A stretch of 64,000 nucleotides of DNA from Eledone cirrhosa (lineage: Eukaryota), in contig OZ024744.1 in the NCBI GenBank assembly GCA_964016885.1, positions 125,984,001 through 126,048,000 on the forward strand. Reading direction: 5' to 3'. The position numbers were made by a program, and so were the translations under genes. The notes beneath the pieces were generated by a model. The model worked only from the letters and a program-made list of their open reading frames with translations, was not told the DNA's origin and did not search any database. Below, piece after piece: positions 38,801 through 51,820 of this stretch (position 1 is the first letter of the stretch; each line of letters opens with the position of its first letter).

Positions 38801-41800
38801 TACGTTTGACTAGGTGTGCCTCCACAGCCACAACTCTTGATGTTACGGAGATATCTTGCTGAAATGCATACCGCGCACAGCCAATGAGTGTCCGCACATG
38901 TACTTCTAATTACACATCGATCCGTCAACATCCGGCCGGCCCACGATCTACGCACAGGGCCGGATGGCCCGTTTTCAGTGAATTCTCACCGGAATCGATC
39001 TGTAATTACTGGTACATGTGCGGAGACACATTTGCTGTGTGTGGTGTGATTTTCAAGAAAAACTGCCCATGCTAAATGAGGAAGCTGAAGTCCGCCGGCG
39101 AATGGTGTGCTTCGAAGAAAACTAATTCGAAAATGACCGTTTGCAGGCGGAGTAACCTTTTCGATCGTGGGCCAGCCGCCCGTGGTGGGATCCATCTGTA
39201 ATTACTGGTACATGTGCGGACATACATTTGCTGTGTGCGGTGTGATTTTCAAGAAGAACTGCCCATGCTAAATGAGGAAGCTGAAGTCCGCCGGCGAATG
39301 GTGTGCTTCGAAGAAAACTAATTCGAAAATGACCGTTTGCAGGCGGGGTAACCTTTTCGATCGTGGGCCAGCCGCCCGTGGTGGGATCCATCTGTAATTA
39401 CTGGTACATGTGCGGACACACATTTGCTGTGTGTGGTGTGATTTTCGAGAAAGACTGCCCATGCTAAATGAGGAAGCTGAAGTCCGCCGGCGAATGGTGT
39501 GCTTCGAAGAAAACTAATTCGAAAATGACTATTTGCCGGCGGAATCACCTTTTCGGTCCTGGTCCGGCCGGATCTTGCCGGATCGATCGGAAATTTGTGG
39601 ACCATGTTCGGAAGGCCATTGTGCATGTGTGGTGAAAATAATTTGTGTCGAAATCTTCTCGGAAAATAACGGATCGCCGGCGGAGATTGCCATTTCGATC
39701 GTGGGCCGGCCGGATCTTGTCGGATCGATTCGGACATATGTGCATCGTGTTCGCAAGGCCCTTGTCTATGTGTGGTGTGATTTTCATAAAGAAATTCCGA
39801 AAAACCCAGTTTTAAATCTGATTTCGCCAAAGAATTTTGGCTATCAGATCGGGTTGAAAGGTATGGTTTCAGGTCGATCTGAAAGTCTAAAATGGAATTC
39901 ATTCGGTTAGCTAACTATTGATATATCGGAGATATCTTTCTGAAAATCACACCACACACTCCCAATGAGTGTCTGCACATGTACCAGTAATTACAGATGG
40001 ATCCCACCACGGGCGGCCGGCCCACGATCGAAAAGGTTACTCCGAAGCACACCATTCGCCGGCGGAATTCATTTAGCATGGGCAGTTTTTCTCGAAAATC
40101 ACACCACACACAGCCAATGAGTGTCCGCACATGTACCAGTAATTACAGATGGATCCCACCACGGGCGGCTGGCCCACGATCGAAAAGGTTACTCCGCCTG
40201 CAAACGGTCATTTTCGAATTCGTTTTCTTCGAAGCACACGATTCGCCGGCGGACTTCAGCTGCCTCATTTAGCATGGGCAGTTTTTCTCGAAAATCACAC
40301 CACACACAGCAAATGTGTGTCCGCACATGTACCAGTAATTACAGATCGATTCCGGTGAAAATTCACTGAAAACGGGCCATTCGGCCCTGTGCGTCGATCG
40401 TGGGCCGGCCGGATGTTGACGGATCGATGTGTAATTAGAAGTACATGTGCGGACACTCATTGGCTGTGCGTGGTATGCATTTCAGCAAGATATCTCCGTA
40501 ACATCAAGAGTTATGGCTGTGGAGGCACACCTAGTCAAACGTAAACAAGCTCTGGAGCGTATACGCTTCGCGATTTTGTTTACGTTTGACTAGGTGTGCC
40601 TCCACAGCCACAACTCTTGATGTTACGGAGATATCTTGCTGAAATGCATACCACGCACAGCCAATGAGTGTCCGCACATGTACTTCTAATTACACATCGA
40701 TCCGTCAACATCCGGCCGGCCCACGATCGACGCACAGGGCCGGATGGCCCGTTTTCAGTGAATTTTCACCGGAATCGATCTGTAATTACTGGTACATGTG
40801 CGGACACACATTTGCTGTGTGTGGTGTGATTTTCACGAAAAACTGCCCATGCTAAATGAGGAAGCTGAAGTCCGCCGGCGAATGGTGTGCTTCGAAGAAA
40901 ACTAATTCGAAAATGACCGTTTGCAGGCGGAGTAACCTTTTCGATCGTGGGCCAGCCGCCCGTGGTGGGATACATCTGTAATTACTGGTACATGTGCGGA
41001 CCCACATTTGCTGTGTGTGGTGTGATTTTCGAGAAAGACTGCCCATGCTAAATGAGGAAGCTGAAGTCCGCCGGCGAATGGTGTGCTTCGAAGAAAACTA
41101 ATTCGAAAATGACTATTTGCCGGCGGAATCACCTTTTCGGTCCTGGTCCGGCCGGATCTTGCCGGATCGATCGGAAATTTGTGGACCATGTTCGGAAGGC
41201 CATTGTGCATGTGTGATGAAAAAAATTTGTGTCGAAATCTTCTCGGAAAATAACGGATCGCCGGCGGAGATTGCCATTTCGATCGTGGGCCGGCCGGATC
41301 TTGTCGGATCGATTCGGACATATGTGCATCGTGTTCGCAAGGCCCTTGTCTATGTGTGGTGTGATTTTCATAAAGAAATTCCGAAAAACCCAGTTTTAAA
41401 TCTGATTTCGCCAAAGAATTTTGGGTATCAGATCGGGTTGAAAGGTATGGTTTCAGGTCGATCTGAAAGTCTAAAATGGAATTCACTCGGTTAGCTAACT
41501 TTTGATATATCGGAGATATCTTTCTGAAAATCACACCACACACTCCCAATGAGTGTCTGCACATGTACCAGTAATTACAGATGGATCCCACCACGGGCGG
41601 CCGGCCCACGATCGAAAAGGTTACTCCGAAGCACACCATTCGCCGGCGGAATTCATTTAGCATGGGCAGTTTTTCTCGAAAATCACACCACACACAGCCA
41701 ATGAGTGTCCGCACATGTACCAGTAATTACAGATGGATCCCACCACGGGCGGCTGGCCCACGATCGAAAAGGTTACTCCGCCTGCAAACGGTCATTTTCG

Positions 41801-43872
41801 AATTAGTTTTCTTCGAAGCACACCATTCGCCGGCGGACTTCAGCTTCCTCATTTAGCATGGGCAGTTTTTCTCGAAAATCACACCACACACAGCAAATGT
41901 GTGTCCGCACATGTACCAGTAATTACAGATCGATTCCGGTGAAAATTCACTGAAAACGGGCCATTCTGCCCTGTGCGTCGATCGTGGGCCGGCCGGATGT
42001 TGACGGATCGATGTGTAATTAGAAGTACATGTGCGGACACTCATTGGCTGTGCGTGGTATGCATTTCAGCAAGATATCTCCGTAACATCAAGAGTTATGG
42101 CTGTGGAGGCACACCTAGTCAAACGTAAACAAGCTCTGGAGCGTATACGCTTCGCGATTTTGTTTACGTTTGACTAGGTGTGCCTCCACAGCCACAACTC
42201 TTGATGTTACGGAGATATCTTGCTGAAATGCATACCACGCACAGCCAATGAGTGTCCGCACATGTACTTCTAATTACACATCGATCCGTCAACATCCGGC
42301 CGGCCCACGATCGACGCACAGGGCCGGATGGCCCGTTTTCAGTGAATTTTCACCGGAATCGATCTGTAATTACTGGTACATGTGCGGACACACATTTGCT
42401 GTGTGTGGTGTGATTTTCACGAAAAACTGCCCATGCTAAATGAGGAAGCTGAAGTCCGCCGGCGAATGGTGTGCTTCGAAGAAAACTAATTCGAAAATGA
42501 CCGTTTGCAGGCGGAGTAACCTTTTCGATCGTGGGCCAGCCGCCCGTGGTGGGATACATCTGTAATTACTGGTACATGTGCGGACACACATTTGCTGTGT
42601 GTGGTGTGATTTTCGAGAAAGACTGCCCATGCTAAATGAGGAAGCTGAAGTCCGCCGGCGAATGGTGTGCTTCGAAGAAAACTAATTCGAAAATGACTAT
42701 TTGCCGGCGGAATCACCTTTTCGGTCCTGGTCCGGCCGGATCTTGCCGGATCGATCGGAAATTTGTGGACCATGTTCGGAAGGCCATTGTGCATGTGTGG
42801 TGAAAAAAATTTGTGTCGAAATCTTCTCGGAAAATAACGGATCGCCGGCGGAGATTGCCATTTCGATCGTGGGCCGGCCGGATCTTGTCGGATCGATTCG
42901 GACATATGTGCATCGTGTTCGCAAGGCCCTTGTCTATGTGTGGTGTGATTTTCATAAAGAAATTCCGAAAAACCCAGTTTTAAATCTGATTTCGCCAAAG
43001 AATTTTGGCTATCAGATCGGGTTGAAAGGTATGGTTTCAGGTCGATCTGAAAGTCTAAAATGGAATTCACTCGGTTAGCTAACTTTTGATATATCGGAGA
43101 TATCTTTCTGAAAATCACACCACACACTCCCAATGAGTGTCTGCACATGTACCAGTAATTACAGATGGATCCCACCACGGGCGGCCGGCCCACGATCGAA
43201 AAGGTTACTCCGAAGCACACCATTCGCCGGCGGAATTCATTTAGCATGGGCAGTTTTTCTCGAAAATCACACCACACACAGCCAATGAGTGTCCGCACAT
43301 GTACCAGTAATTACAGATGGATCCCACCACGGGCGGCTGGCCCACGATCGAAAAGGTTACTCCGCCTGCAAACGGTCATTTTCGAATTAGTTTTCTTCGA
43401 AGCACACCATTCGCCGGCGGACTTCAGCTTCCTCATTTAGCATGGGCAGTTTTTCTTGAAAATCACACCACACACAGCAAATGTGTGTCCGCACATGTAC
43501 CAGTAATTACAGATCGATTCCGGTGAAAATTCACTGAAAACGGGCCATTCGGCCCTGTGCGTCGATCGTGGGCCGGCCGGATGTTGACGGATCGATGTGT
43601 AATTAGAAGTACATGTGCGGACACTCATTGGCTGTGCGTGGTATGCATTTCACTAAGATATCTCCGTAACATCAAGAGTTATGGCTGTGGAGGCACACCT
43701 AGTCAAACGTAAACAAGGTCTGGAGCGTTTACGCTTCGCGATTTTGTTTACGTTTGACTAGGTGTGCCTCCACAGCGACAACTCTTGATGTTACGGAGAT
43801 ATCTTGCTGAAATTCATACCACGCACAGCCAATGAGTGTCCGCACATGTACCTGTAATTACACATCGATCCG
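23811..43872. repeat. ~20-kb satellite of 1584/1780-bp foldback units with 13 palindrome centres
   Basis: The marker ORF recurs at 23841, 25621, 27205, 28789, 30373, 32153, 33737, 35321, 36905, 38489, 40269, 41853 and 43437. Mirror ORFs are symmetric about each centre (25501/26327 and 25621/26207 about 25914). Arms are built from 196- and 152-bp subrepeats. Confidence 0.97.
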
Positions 43873-43960
43873 ACGACGGACAGAGTATTCGGTTTATTTT
43901 CTTGACATATTTCTTTACATATTGTCCAGGCATGCACTTTTTCCATGATTAGTTCTGTTG

Positions 43961-44014
43961 ACGGCCCGCTTTCCAAAATACCTTATCCTGTGCAACGCCG
44001 GGTACCACTGCTAG
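43961..44014 (+). mobile_element. Helitron-type 3' terminus
   Basis: GC-rich imperfect hairpin cctgtgcaacgccggg, then taccactgCTAG followed by T and (TA)n. Confidence 0.7.
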
Positions 44015-44409
44015 TATATATATGTGTATGTATATATATATATATATATTGGTAAACGGAATAGAAAATTGTGACAAATTGTTCACAGTGAAAAATAGTT
44101 TAATTAGGAATAAGTGATAATTAGTAATAGTATTGGTTAGTATTAAGTTTTGGTTTTAAGTTTTACCGGTTGCGCATTTCTAATGCTTTTCAAAAATAAT
44201 TTTGAGATAGAGCGTCCGTGATGTTTGCTCTGATCTGTATATATATATATATATATATAGACAAACAGTAGAAAGGAAAAAGATTTTTTCAGTAGAAATT
44301 GCTGAAGAGATTCTTTCAGTGTAATTTCAAAACATTAATTTATTTATAAAGTGGATATTTCCACATTTAATAATGGCACTGGGTTCAGCATTATATACAT
44401 TGTCAATTG

Positions 44410-44745
44410 TGGATTCTACTTTTGGCACAAGGGCTGCAATTATCCAGTACATTACTGGTACTTTATTATTTATACAAATAATAATTGTTTCTACTTTTGG
44501 CACAAGGGCAGCAATTACCCAGTACATTACTGGTACTTTATTATTTATACAAATAATAATTGTTTCTACTTTAGGCACAAGGTCAGCAATTACCCAGTAC
44601 ATTACTGGTACTTTATTATTTATACAAATAATAATTGTTTCTACTTTAGGCACAAGGTCAGCAATTACCCCAGTACTTTATTTTATCGACCCCGTAAGGA
44701 TGAAAGAAAAGTTAACCTCAACGGGATTTGAACTCAGTCTGTAAA
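44410..44745 (-). repeat. 75-bp minisatellite (~3.5 copies) derived from an adjoining SINE
   Basis: ttctactt..ggcacaagg at 44414, 44489, 44564 and 44639, running into the SINE core tttatcgaccccgtaaggatgaaag. Confidence 0.8.
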
Positions 44746-45339
44746 GGGAGGTAACTGCTGGATTAATTTGGTTAATTAAGTTAACAGAAATTATGAACCG
44801 GTTTCTACAGAGCCTTCTGGACATTTAACCCTTTAGCATTTAAACCAGCCATACCTAGCCAGAATACTCTCACATCTTTCTGTTCAAACCAGCCATAACT
44901 GGCCACTCATACTGACGTTAAGGTATTGTTCTCAATATAAATAATATCAAAATCTCATAGATTCGATATTATATGAGATAATTATGTAAGATAAAGCCTT
45001 TACCACAAAAATACAATAGTATATATAGAGTAATAAAAATGCTAAAGGGTAAAAGTAGCTTATTATTTTGTGAGCTCTTGCTACTTATTGCTCTTGTGCA
45101 TCAAGAACATACACAGCTTACATTTTGTTGCTAATCTCACTGAGATCCAACTACATCTCTTGTTTATCCATAGTTTGGAATTTCTACCTACTCCTTTCCT
45201 TTAGAATGATCAAGGCCATTTTCTTGTGGGGATCTAGGCCCTGTTTTCCTTTCTATTTTGCCAAGTTATCTTACATCACTTTCATTCTAGACCATGCTTC
45301 CAGGTTTGGAATTTCTCCTCTAATTTTACCACAGATTAA

Positions 45340-46960
45340 GTGACAAGGGTTCAATCATGTGCATACAGGAGTTCCCATGGACAGCCAGTAATATGTAATA
45401 GCCTGCAGGATGATAATAAACAGAAGAGGGTTAATTACAGAGCCCTGATAGAGGGTTAATAACAGAGCCCTGATAGACTTGTTCACTCAACTCCTCACTA
45501 TAGCCATCATTACTTTTAACCTTACTGACTGCTCCTCCATACATGGCTTTTACTGCTCTCACAAGCCACTCATATACCCCTAGTTTTCTAAGTTATACAC
45601 CAGATTAGGGAAGGGGGAAGTCTCACAGAAGCTCTCTCTGGGTCAACAAATGCCAAGTAGAGGGGCTTATTTTAGCTAGGTACTACTCTTGCAGTTGCCA
45701 CACAAGGAAGAGGACATCAGTGGTACTTTTACCTGGCACAAATCCAAACTTCATCTCATCTAGGTTAACTTGGTCCCTAATCAGCTGTGTTATAAATCTA
45801 ACACCTTCATGAAGTGGTCCATCTAATATCTCTATAGTTTTCTAGCTCTAGTACATCTCCTTTGCCCTTGTAGCAGTTGATGATGATGATACTACACCAT
45901 TTATTTGGTATGACACCATTTTGTATTACATGCTGTACGATACCAGTGGTTAAGATGTGACCCACCATCCCAGATACTTTCAGTATCTCAGCAACTATCA
46001 CCAATGGACAAGATACTTTCTCTGTCTTCATATCCTTAATTACCTTACTTCATATCCTTAATTACCTTACTGCTTACTTGTATGGCTGGACCCTCTGTTG
46101 GGCCCACTTTCCGTAGACTATCTTCCTCCCATGCATTCTCCTCATTCAGTAATCTTTCATAAAGGCATTTCCATGTTACAAAGGTTGGCTGAAAAGTTCA
46201 TAGACTATCAATGATAGCATGATGCTAGAGCTGTGAAATCTTGCCTGCATTAATTTCAACTCTTCTTATTAATAACTGCATTGTTTCCTTCCAGGGACTA
46301 TGTTGAAAAATAAACCTCATTTGGTCATTCCATGAGTGTATCTTGGTCTGCCTATGAACTTTTCAGCTGACCCTATTCAGCATCAGTGAGCCCAAATGCC
46401 CCATTATCATCCTGGACACACTTTACCCCAACATCACAATTTGCCCTCACACACTGCCTCACAATCCTGAACATCTCATGTATTTCATCCTCACATCATA
46501 AAACCAACTGAAATTATATATTCTCTGCTTCCCTCCTTGCAAAGAATACTTCTTGCCTAGCTTCCTGTAGTGTACCCTCCAGCTGCCTCCATTCTGCCAT
46601 TATTCCATGCCTGTCTCTTGGCCTTAACTGTCTCATCTACCCTAGTGTTTCACCACCAAGATACTCTCCTCTCTGAAGCCCTGCTCCAGCCACAGATCTA
46701 GTTTGACACCTTCAGCAAAGGTTCTTTAAGGAACTCCCACTGTTCCCCTATATTGTATGTTTCTATTTGTTCTTCCTTACTGTTGTAAAGATCAAACAAA
46801 ATATCTCTAAATTTGGAACTGGCTGAGGGGTCCTTTAACTTCCATATCCTTCTCCTCCAAGTTGCCCTCAGTCTTCAAGTTCATCTAAGTCTATGAAATC
46901 ACTAACTACTGGGTTATGTTGGGAGGTGCATTCTTCCCCAGGGGGTGGGGATTGTGTGTT
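45340..46960 (-). mobile_element. Decayed RTE-clade LINE
   Basis: IVAEILK...VIPNKWCSIIIINCYKGKGDVLELENYRDI (RT N-terminus) at 45807-46031; tcccatggacagcc (GCPWE antisense) at ~45375. Confidence 0.75.
46177..46376 (+). mobile_element. Mariner-derived MITE nested in the RTE
   Basis: Terminal inverted repeats aggttggctgaaaagttcatag / ctatgaacttttcagctgaccct, with internal gggactatgttgaaaaataa (GDYVEK*, a mariner transposase C-terminus). Confidence 0.7.
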
Positions 46961-47090
46961 TACAAATGTCAATATCTCATCTTCTGGTGAGGATAAAAAT
47001 CTGACTGGCATGCTCCTCTGACCAATAGGTGTTGAAGTGGTTGTCGGGTAAACGTTAAGACCCTCTGATATACATATATATATATATATA

Positions 47091-47310
47091 CTAGCAGTGG
47101 TACCCGGCGTTGCACGGGATAACGTATTTCGGAACGCGGGCCGCCATCTTCCACTTCAGCCGGTCGCCCTAAAGTGTTGGCTATTCAGTCTACTTGAGGC
47201 CAGTTGGTGAGGGGGGGTAAAGCTTTCAGTGTGCTACTACCCTCACGGTCAAATAGAAAGGGAGAGGAAGAAAAGTCAGCGTTAATATCGTGCTACACGT
47301 TTGAAAGGTT
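47091..47310 (-). mobile_element. Helitron-type non-autonomous element 3' end, opposite orientation to 43961-44014
   Basis: (TA)n-CTAGcagtggtacccggcgttgcacgggataacgtatttcggaacgcgggccg is the near reverse complement of 43961-44014. The far boundary is uncertain. Confidence 0.65.
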
Positions 47311-47479
47311 GGATGACCTTAGAGTTCACCAGGGTGGGGGGTTCTAAAAGTATCTATCTTGGTATTTTATCTTAGAAGTAATCATTACAGAGTGTACTGG
47401 GTGTATTTTAGTGGGCAGTAATTCCATAAAGAACACAGTATAATCTGTGGACACAAGCCTTGCAGTGTGATTACAGGCA

Positions 47480-48270
47480 GGTTAATGGGAAAGATAGATT
47501 ATATATGTGACATGATGTACATGAGAAGTGAGGACACAGACCACACATGAAATAGATTCCTACAACTGTCAGGGAGGCTCCCTAGAATTACAGATGACAT
47601 ATTTCAATATCTCGGTGATCAAGTTAGCAGTGGAGGAAGAATCTCTAAAAGTGTAATACCCAGGATAAGGACAGGCTGGAAGAAGTTTAGAGTACTGTTC
47701 CATCTGTTGACAACAAAGGGCTTCTCTCTCAGAATGGAGGCTAGACTGCTTGATACTTATGTGTGGTCTGCAATCTACACCCCAGCCATGCCCCTTCCAC
47801 TACCACTCCTTAGCTATTTCTCTCCATTAATACTCCTCACATTTCAAGCAGTTTTCTCATCTCAATGAAAGAAAAATATTGGGCTCAAGAGAAGTCTTCA
47901 GTTATGCCATGGTGTGGCAACCTCCCTAGGGTTGGGCAGAGTGTAAATGAGAGTGAAATTAGGTATGAGAGGGATCATATGCAGTATACAAGAGAGTAGA
48001 TTACATTGGTATGGTCATGTGATGGGTATAAAGGATGACAGCTGTATAAAAATGTGCTGGGCAATCAAAGTTGATGGAAGTTATGAAGGCGGAAGACCCA
48101 GGATGACCTGGGATGAGGTGATAAAAGATGACTTTGCACAATTGCAACTCTCAAAGACAATGACACAGGATAGAGATCTTGAGATGTATGCAGCAATACA
48201 GAAGGCCTGCTTTCCAATGTGCACGGACTCAAACATACATCTAGTAGGCCCCTCCTAACCACTATACTCC
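47480..48270 (+). mobile_element. RTE-clade LINE 3' fragment
   Basis: IQESRLHWYGHVM...GRPRMTWDEVIKDD is a classic RTE C-terminus. Confidence 0.85.
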
Positions 48271-48299
48271 TTTCCAAACTCCCACACTCCCACTTCTGT

Positions 48300-49070
48300 A
48301 CACACCACCTTTAGACTGTAAAGTGGTAGTGTACAAGTCACAACAAAAGCACCCAGTCCACTCTGTAAAGTTGATGTGTTGGTGTCATAACAAAAGGCAC
48401 TCAGTCCACTCTGTAAAGAGGTTGTGTAAGTGTCACAACAAAGACATCTAGTCCACACTGTAAAGTGGTCATGTAGGTGTCACAACAAAAAGTACCAGTC
48501 ATTATTGTAAAGTGGTTGTATAGGTGTCATAACAAAAAGCACCCAGTCGACACTGTAAAGTGGTTGTGTAGGTGTCAGAACCAAAAGCACCCAGTCCACA
48601 CTGTAAAGTGGTTGTGTAGGTGTCATGACAAAAAGCACTCAGTCTACATTGTAATGAGGTTGTGTAGGTGTCATGACAAAAAGCACCTAGTCCACACTGT
48701 AAAGTGGTCATGCAGGTGTCATGACAAAAAGCACCCAGTCCTCACTGTAAAGTGGTCATGTAGGTGTCATGTCAAAAAGCACCCAGTCCACCCTGTAAAG
48801 TGGTTGTGTAGGTGTCATGATAAAAAGCACCCAGTCCACACAGTAAAGTGGTCATGTAGGTGTCACTAAAAAAGCACCCAGTCTACTCTGTAAAGTGGTC
48901 ATGTAGGTGTCATGACAAATAGCACCCAGTCCACCCTGTAAAGTGTTCATGTAGGTGTCATGATGGAGAGTAACCAGTCCACAATGTAAAGTAGCCATGT
49001 AGCTGTCACAACAAAGCACCCAGTCCACACTGTAAAGTGGTCATGTAGGTGTCATTTCAAAAAGCACCCA
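48300..49070 (+). repeat. 48-bp minisatellite, ~16 copies
   Basis: Period 48 (acccag at 48541 and 48589); the 16-aa repeat in ORF 48477-48869 reflects this. Confidence 0.9.
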
Positions 49071-49301
49071 GGTCCATGGCTTGGCCTGCTAACCGACGCT
49101 ATACCCAAGTCGGTCGCCATGCTTTCCAGCATAGAGTTACGTCTCTTTATGGTCTGAGTTCAAATCACGCCGAGGTTAACTTTGCCTTTCATCCTTACGG
49201 GGTCGATAAAATAAAGCACCAGTAATGTACTGGGGTCGATTTAATCGACTTTCCCCTCCTCTGCCAAATGACACACACATGCATGGTTCGGGGGAACCTA
49301 C

Positions 49302-49363
<62 letters not shown>

Positions 49364-50242
49364 GTAGGTCACTGGTTGAGTCGGTATTAACCACAGTAAC
49401 TAAGGTACTCAATACATATTAGATATAGGTGTCTTTCTAATTGCTGGCCTTGTTCATAAGGTATACACAAGTATGATGTGTGTCTGTTTAACTGTACGTG
49501 TGAAAACATCGCGAAATTGCGCCTTTTAATATTTGAATATAAACAGTTAAAAAATAATTATTTTAGTAATTTTTAAATATCGATAATGTGTATATAAATA
49601 TTAGAAATCAATTTAATTAGTTCAGTAACATTACTCGGAGTTAAGATAAACCTTCATTTGAAGAAATTCGAGATTTGACCAAATAAATAGATTATGTGAT
49701 CAATAAAAAAAATATGTATACGCGCTTGAACGACGGGTTGCAGACAGTCAGGCATACAGACACATATTTTAAAGCGTGCGACGTTAAAAGTCTTACTCTC
49801 TCTCTTTTTAGATAGATAGACTTAATTAAAGCAGTTTCACTCTCTCTATATTTCATCAGCTCCCTCTCTCTTAAATTGAAAGATTCATTAAGGCTGAAAT
49901 AATCTAAACAGTAACATCATTTTTCGCCAGCTCTAGCTTGCGTCCAGAGATATACACACACATATATATATATTTTTTTTGTTATCGAGTTGAGCTTTGC
50001 CAAGCATAGAATTCCAAATTTGACCATCTCCACTGAAAATGTTCGTGAAATAGTCTTTAAGAAGCAATTTAATTTTTTCCAACTGAAACTGTAAGTATTT
50101 TAAAATTTATTTCAACATGGTCTTAAAAGATTGTTGGCTTTTTTTAAATTCATAACTATTTACTATGAAATATAAATTATTAAATCCAATTTATTTGATA
50201 ACCATGATTTGATTTTATAATTACCTGAATCACGTTAACATG

Positions 50243-50287
<45 letters not shown>

Positions 50288-50541
50288 GTGTGTGTATATA
50301 TATATATATATAATAATTGTTTCTACGTTACGCAGTGTATTACTGGTACTGTATTTTACGATATTAAATATTAAATATTAACTATTAGATATTAAATATT
50401 AAATATTAGATATTAGATATTAAATATTAAATATGATATCCCTGAAATATATATAATGAAATAAATATGGTTTTATAAATGTAATTTCCATTTGTTTAAT
50501 ATCAAATATATATATATATATATATATGTATTTATGTATAT

Positions 50542-50608
<67 letters not shown>

Positions 50609-50835
50609 GCAGACACAGACACAGAATATCGTATATATCACACACACACAATTAAGACTTGACGTGTTGCAGACAGCCAGACATACAGAGAGATATTTTA
50701 AAGCGTGCGACCTTAAATTTCTTACTCTTTCTCTTATCAAAAGAGAAAGAGTAATGCTAACACTTACGTCTACTTCACGCTCTCTTGAACCGTTACAGAA
50801 ATTGCATCACATCTAATTATAACTTTGTACGTTTG

Positions 50836-50912
<77 letters not shown>

Positions 50913-50918
50913 GCACAC

Positions 50919-50949
<31 letters not shown>

Positions 50950-50952
50950 CAC

Positions 50953-51004
<52 letters not shown>

Positions 51005-51071
51005 GTGTGTGTGTGTATATATATACACACACACGTGTATATATATATATATATATACACACACACGTGTG

Positions 51072-51104
<33 letters not shown>

Positions 51105-51126
51105 GTGTGTGTATATATATATATAT
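50836..51126. repeat. Compound (TA)n/CACACGTGTG microsatellite, empty site for the CR1 LINE
   Basis: Same flanks as 1930 (ctttgtacgtttg) and 5866 (tctgtctctctccctg) with no LINE between them. Confidence 0.92.
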
Positions 51127-51129
51127 CTG

Positions 51130-51469
51130 TCTCTCTCCCTGTCTCTCACTCTGCCTCTATCCCCCCTCTCTCTCTCTGTCTCTCCCCCCCCCCCTCTCTC
51201 TCTCTAGTAGTAGAGAGAGAGAGAGATATAAACGTATAACCCTAAACCTAACCCATCTCTCTCACTCTCTCTCTCCCCCTCTCTCTCTCTTCTCTCTCTC
51301 ACTCTCCCTCTACCCCTCCCTCTCTCTATTTCTCTCTCTCTCTCTCCAGTAGTAGAGAGAGACAAAGAGAGAGAGAGATATAAACGTATAACCCTAACCA
51401 AACCCTAACCCAACTCTAACCCAACCCTAACCCTAACCCCAACCCTAACTCTAACCTAACCCTAACCCA

Positions 51470-51502
<33 letters not shown>

Positions 51503-51820
51503 ACCCCCTCTCTCTCTCTCTAGTAGTAGAGAGAGAGACAAAGAGAGAGAGAGAGATATAAACGTATAACCCTAACCCATCTCTCTCTCTCTATTTCTCC
51601 CCCCCTCTCTCTCTCTCTAGTAGTAGAGAGAGAGAGACAAAGAGAGAGAGAGATATAAACGTATAAACCTAACCCAACCCTAACCTCTCTCTCTCCCCCC
51701 TCTCTCTCTCTATTCCCCCCCTCTCTCTCTCTCTCTAGTAGTAGAGAGAGAGAGAGATAGATATAAACGTATAACCCTAACCCAACCCTAACCCATCTCT
51801 CTCTCTCTCTCTCTCTCTCT
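51130..51820. repeat. Composite (CT)n/(GA)n/CCCTAA-like repeat, ~5 modules (copy B)
   Basis: Counterpart of 5870-6348 with more modules. Confidence 0.85.

Noticed and set aside
24670-43298. Recurrent 194/270/125-aa ORFs as a tandem gene family
   Set aside because: They overlap in several frames on both strands and mirror across palindromes; no recognisable domain.
24121-43745. Rolling-hairpin (parvovirus/protelomerase-type) concatemer
   Set aside because: Loops and spacers keep the same orientation in every unit (no flip/flop), and no replication protein is encoded.
48477-48869. Cys/His-rich repeat protein (KWLCRCH)
   Set aside because: It is the translation of a 48-bp minisatellite whose frame breaks in flanking copies.
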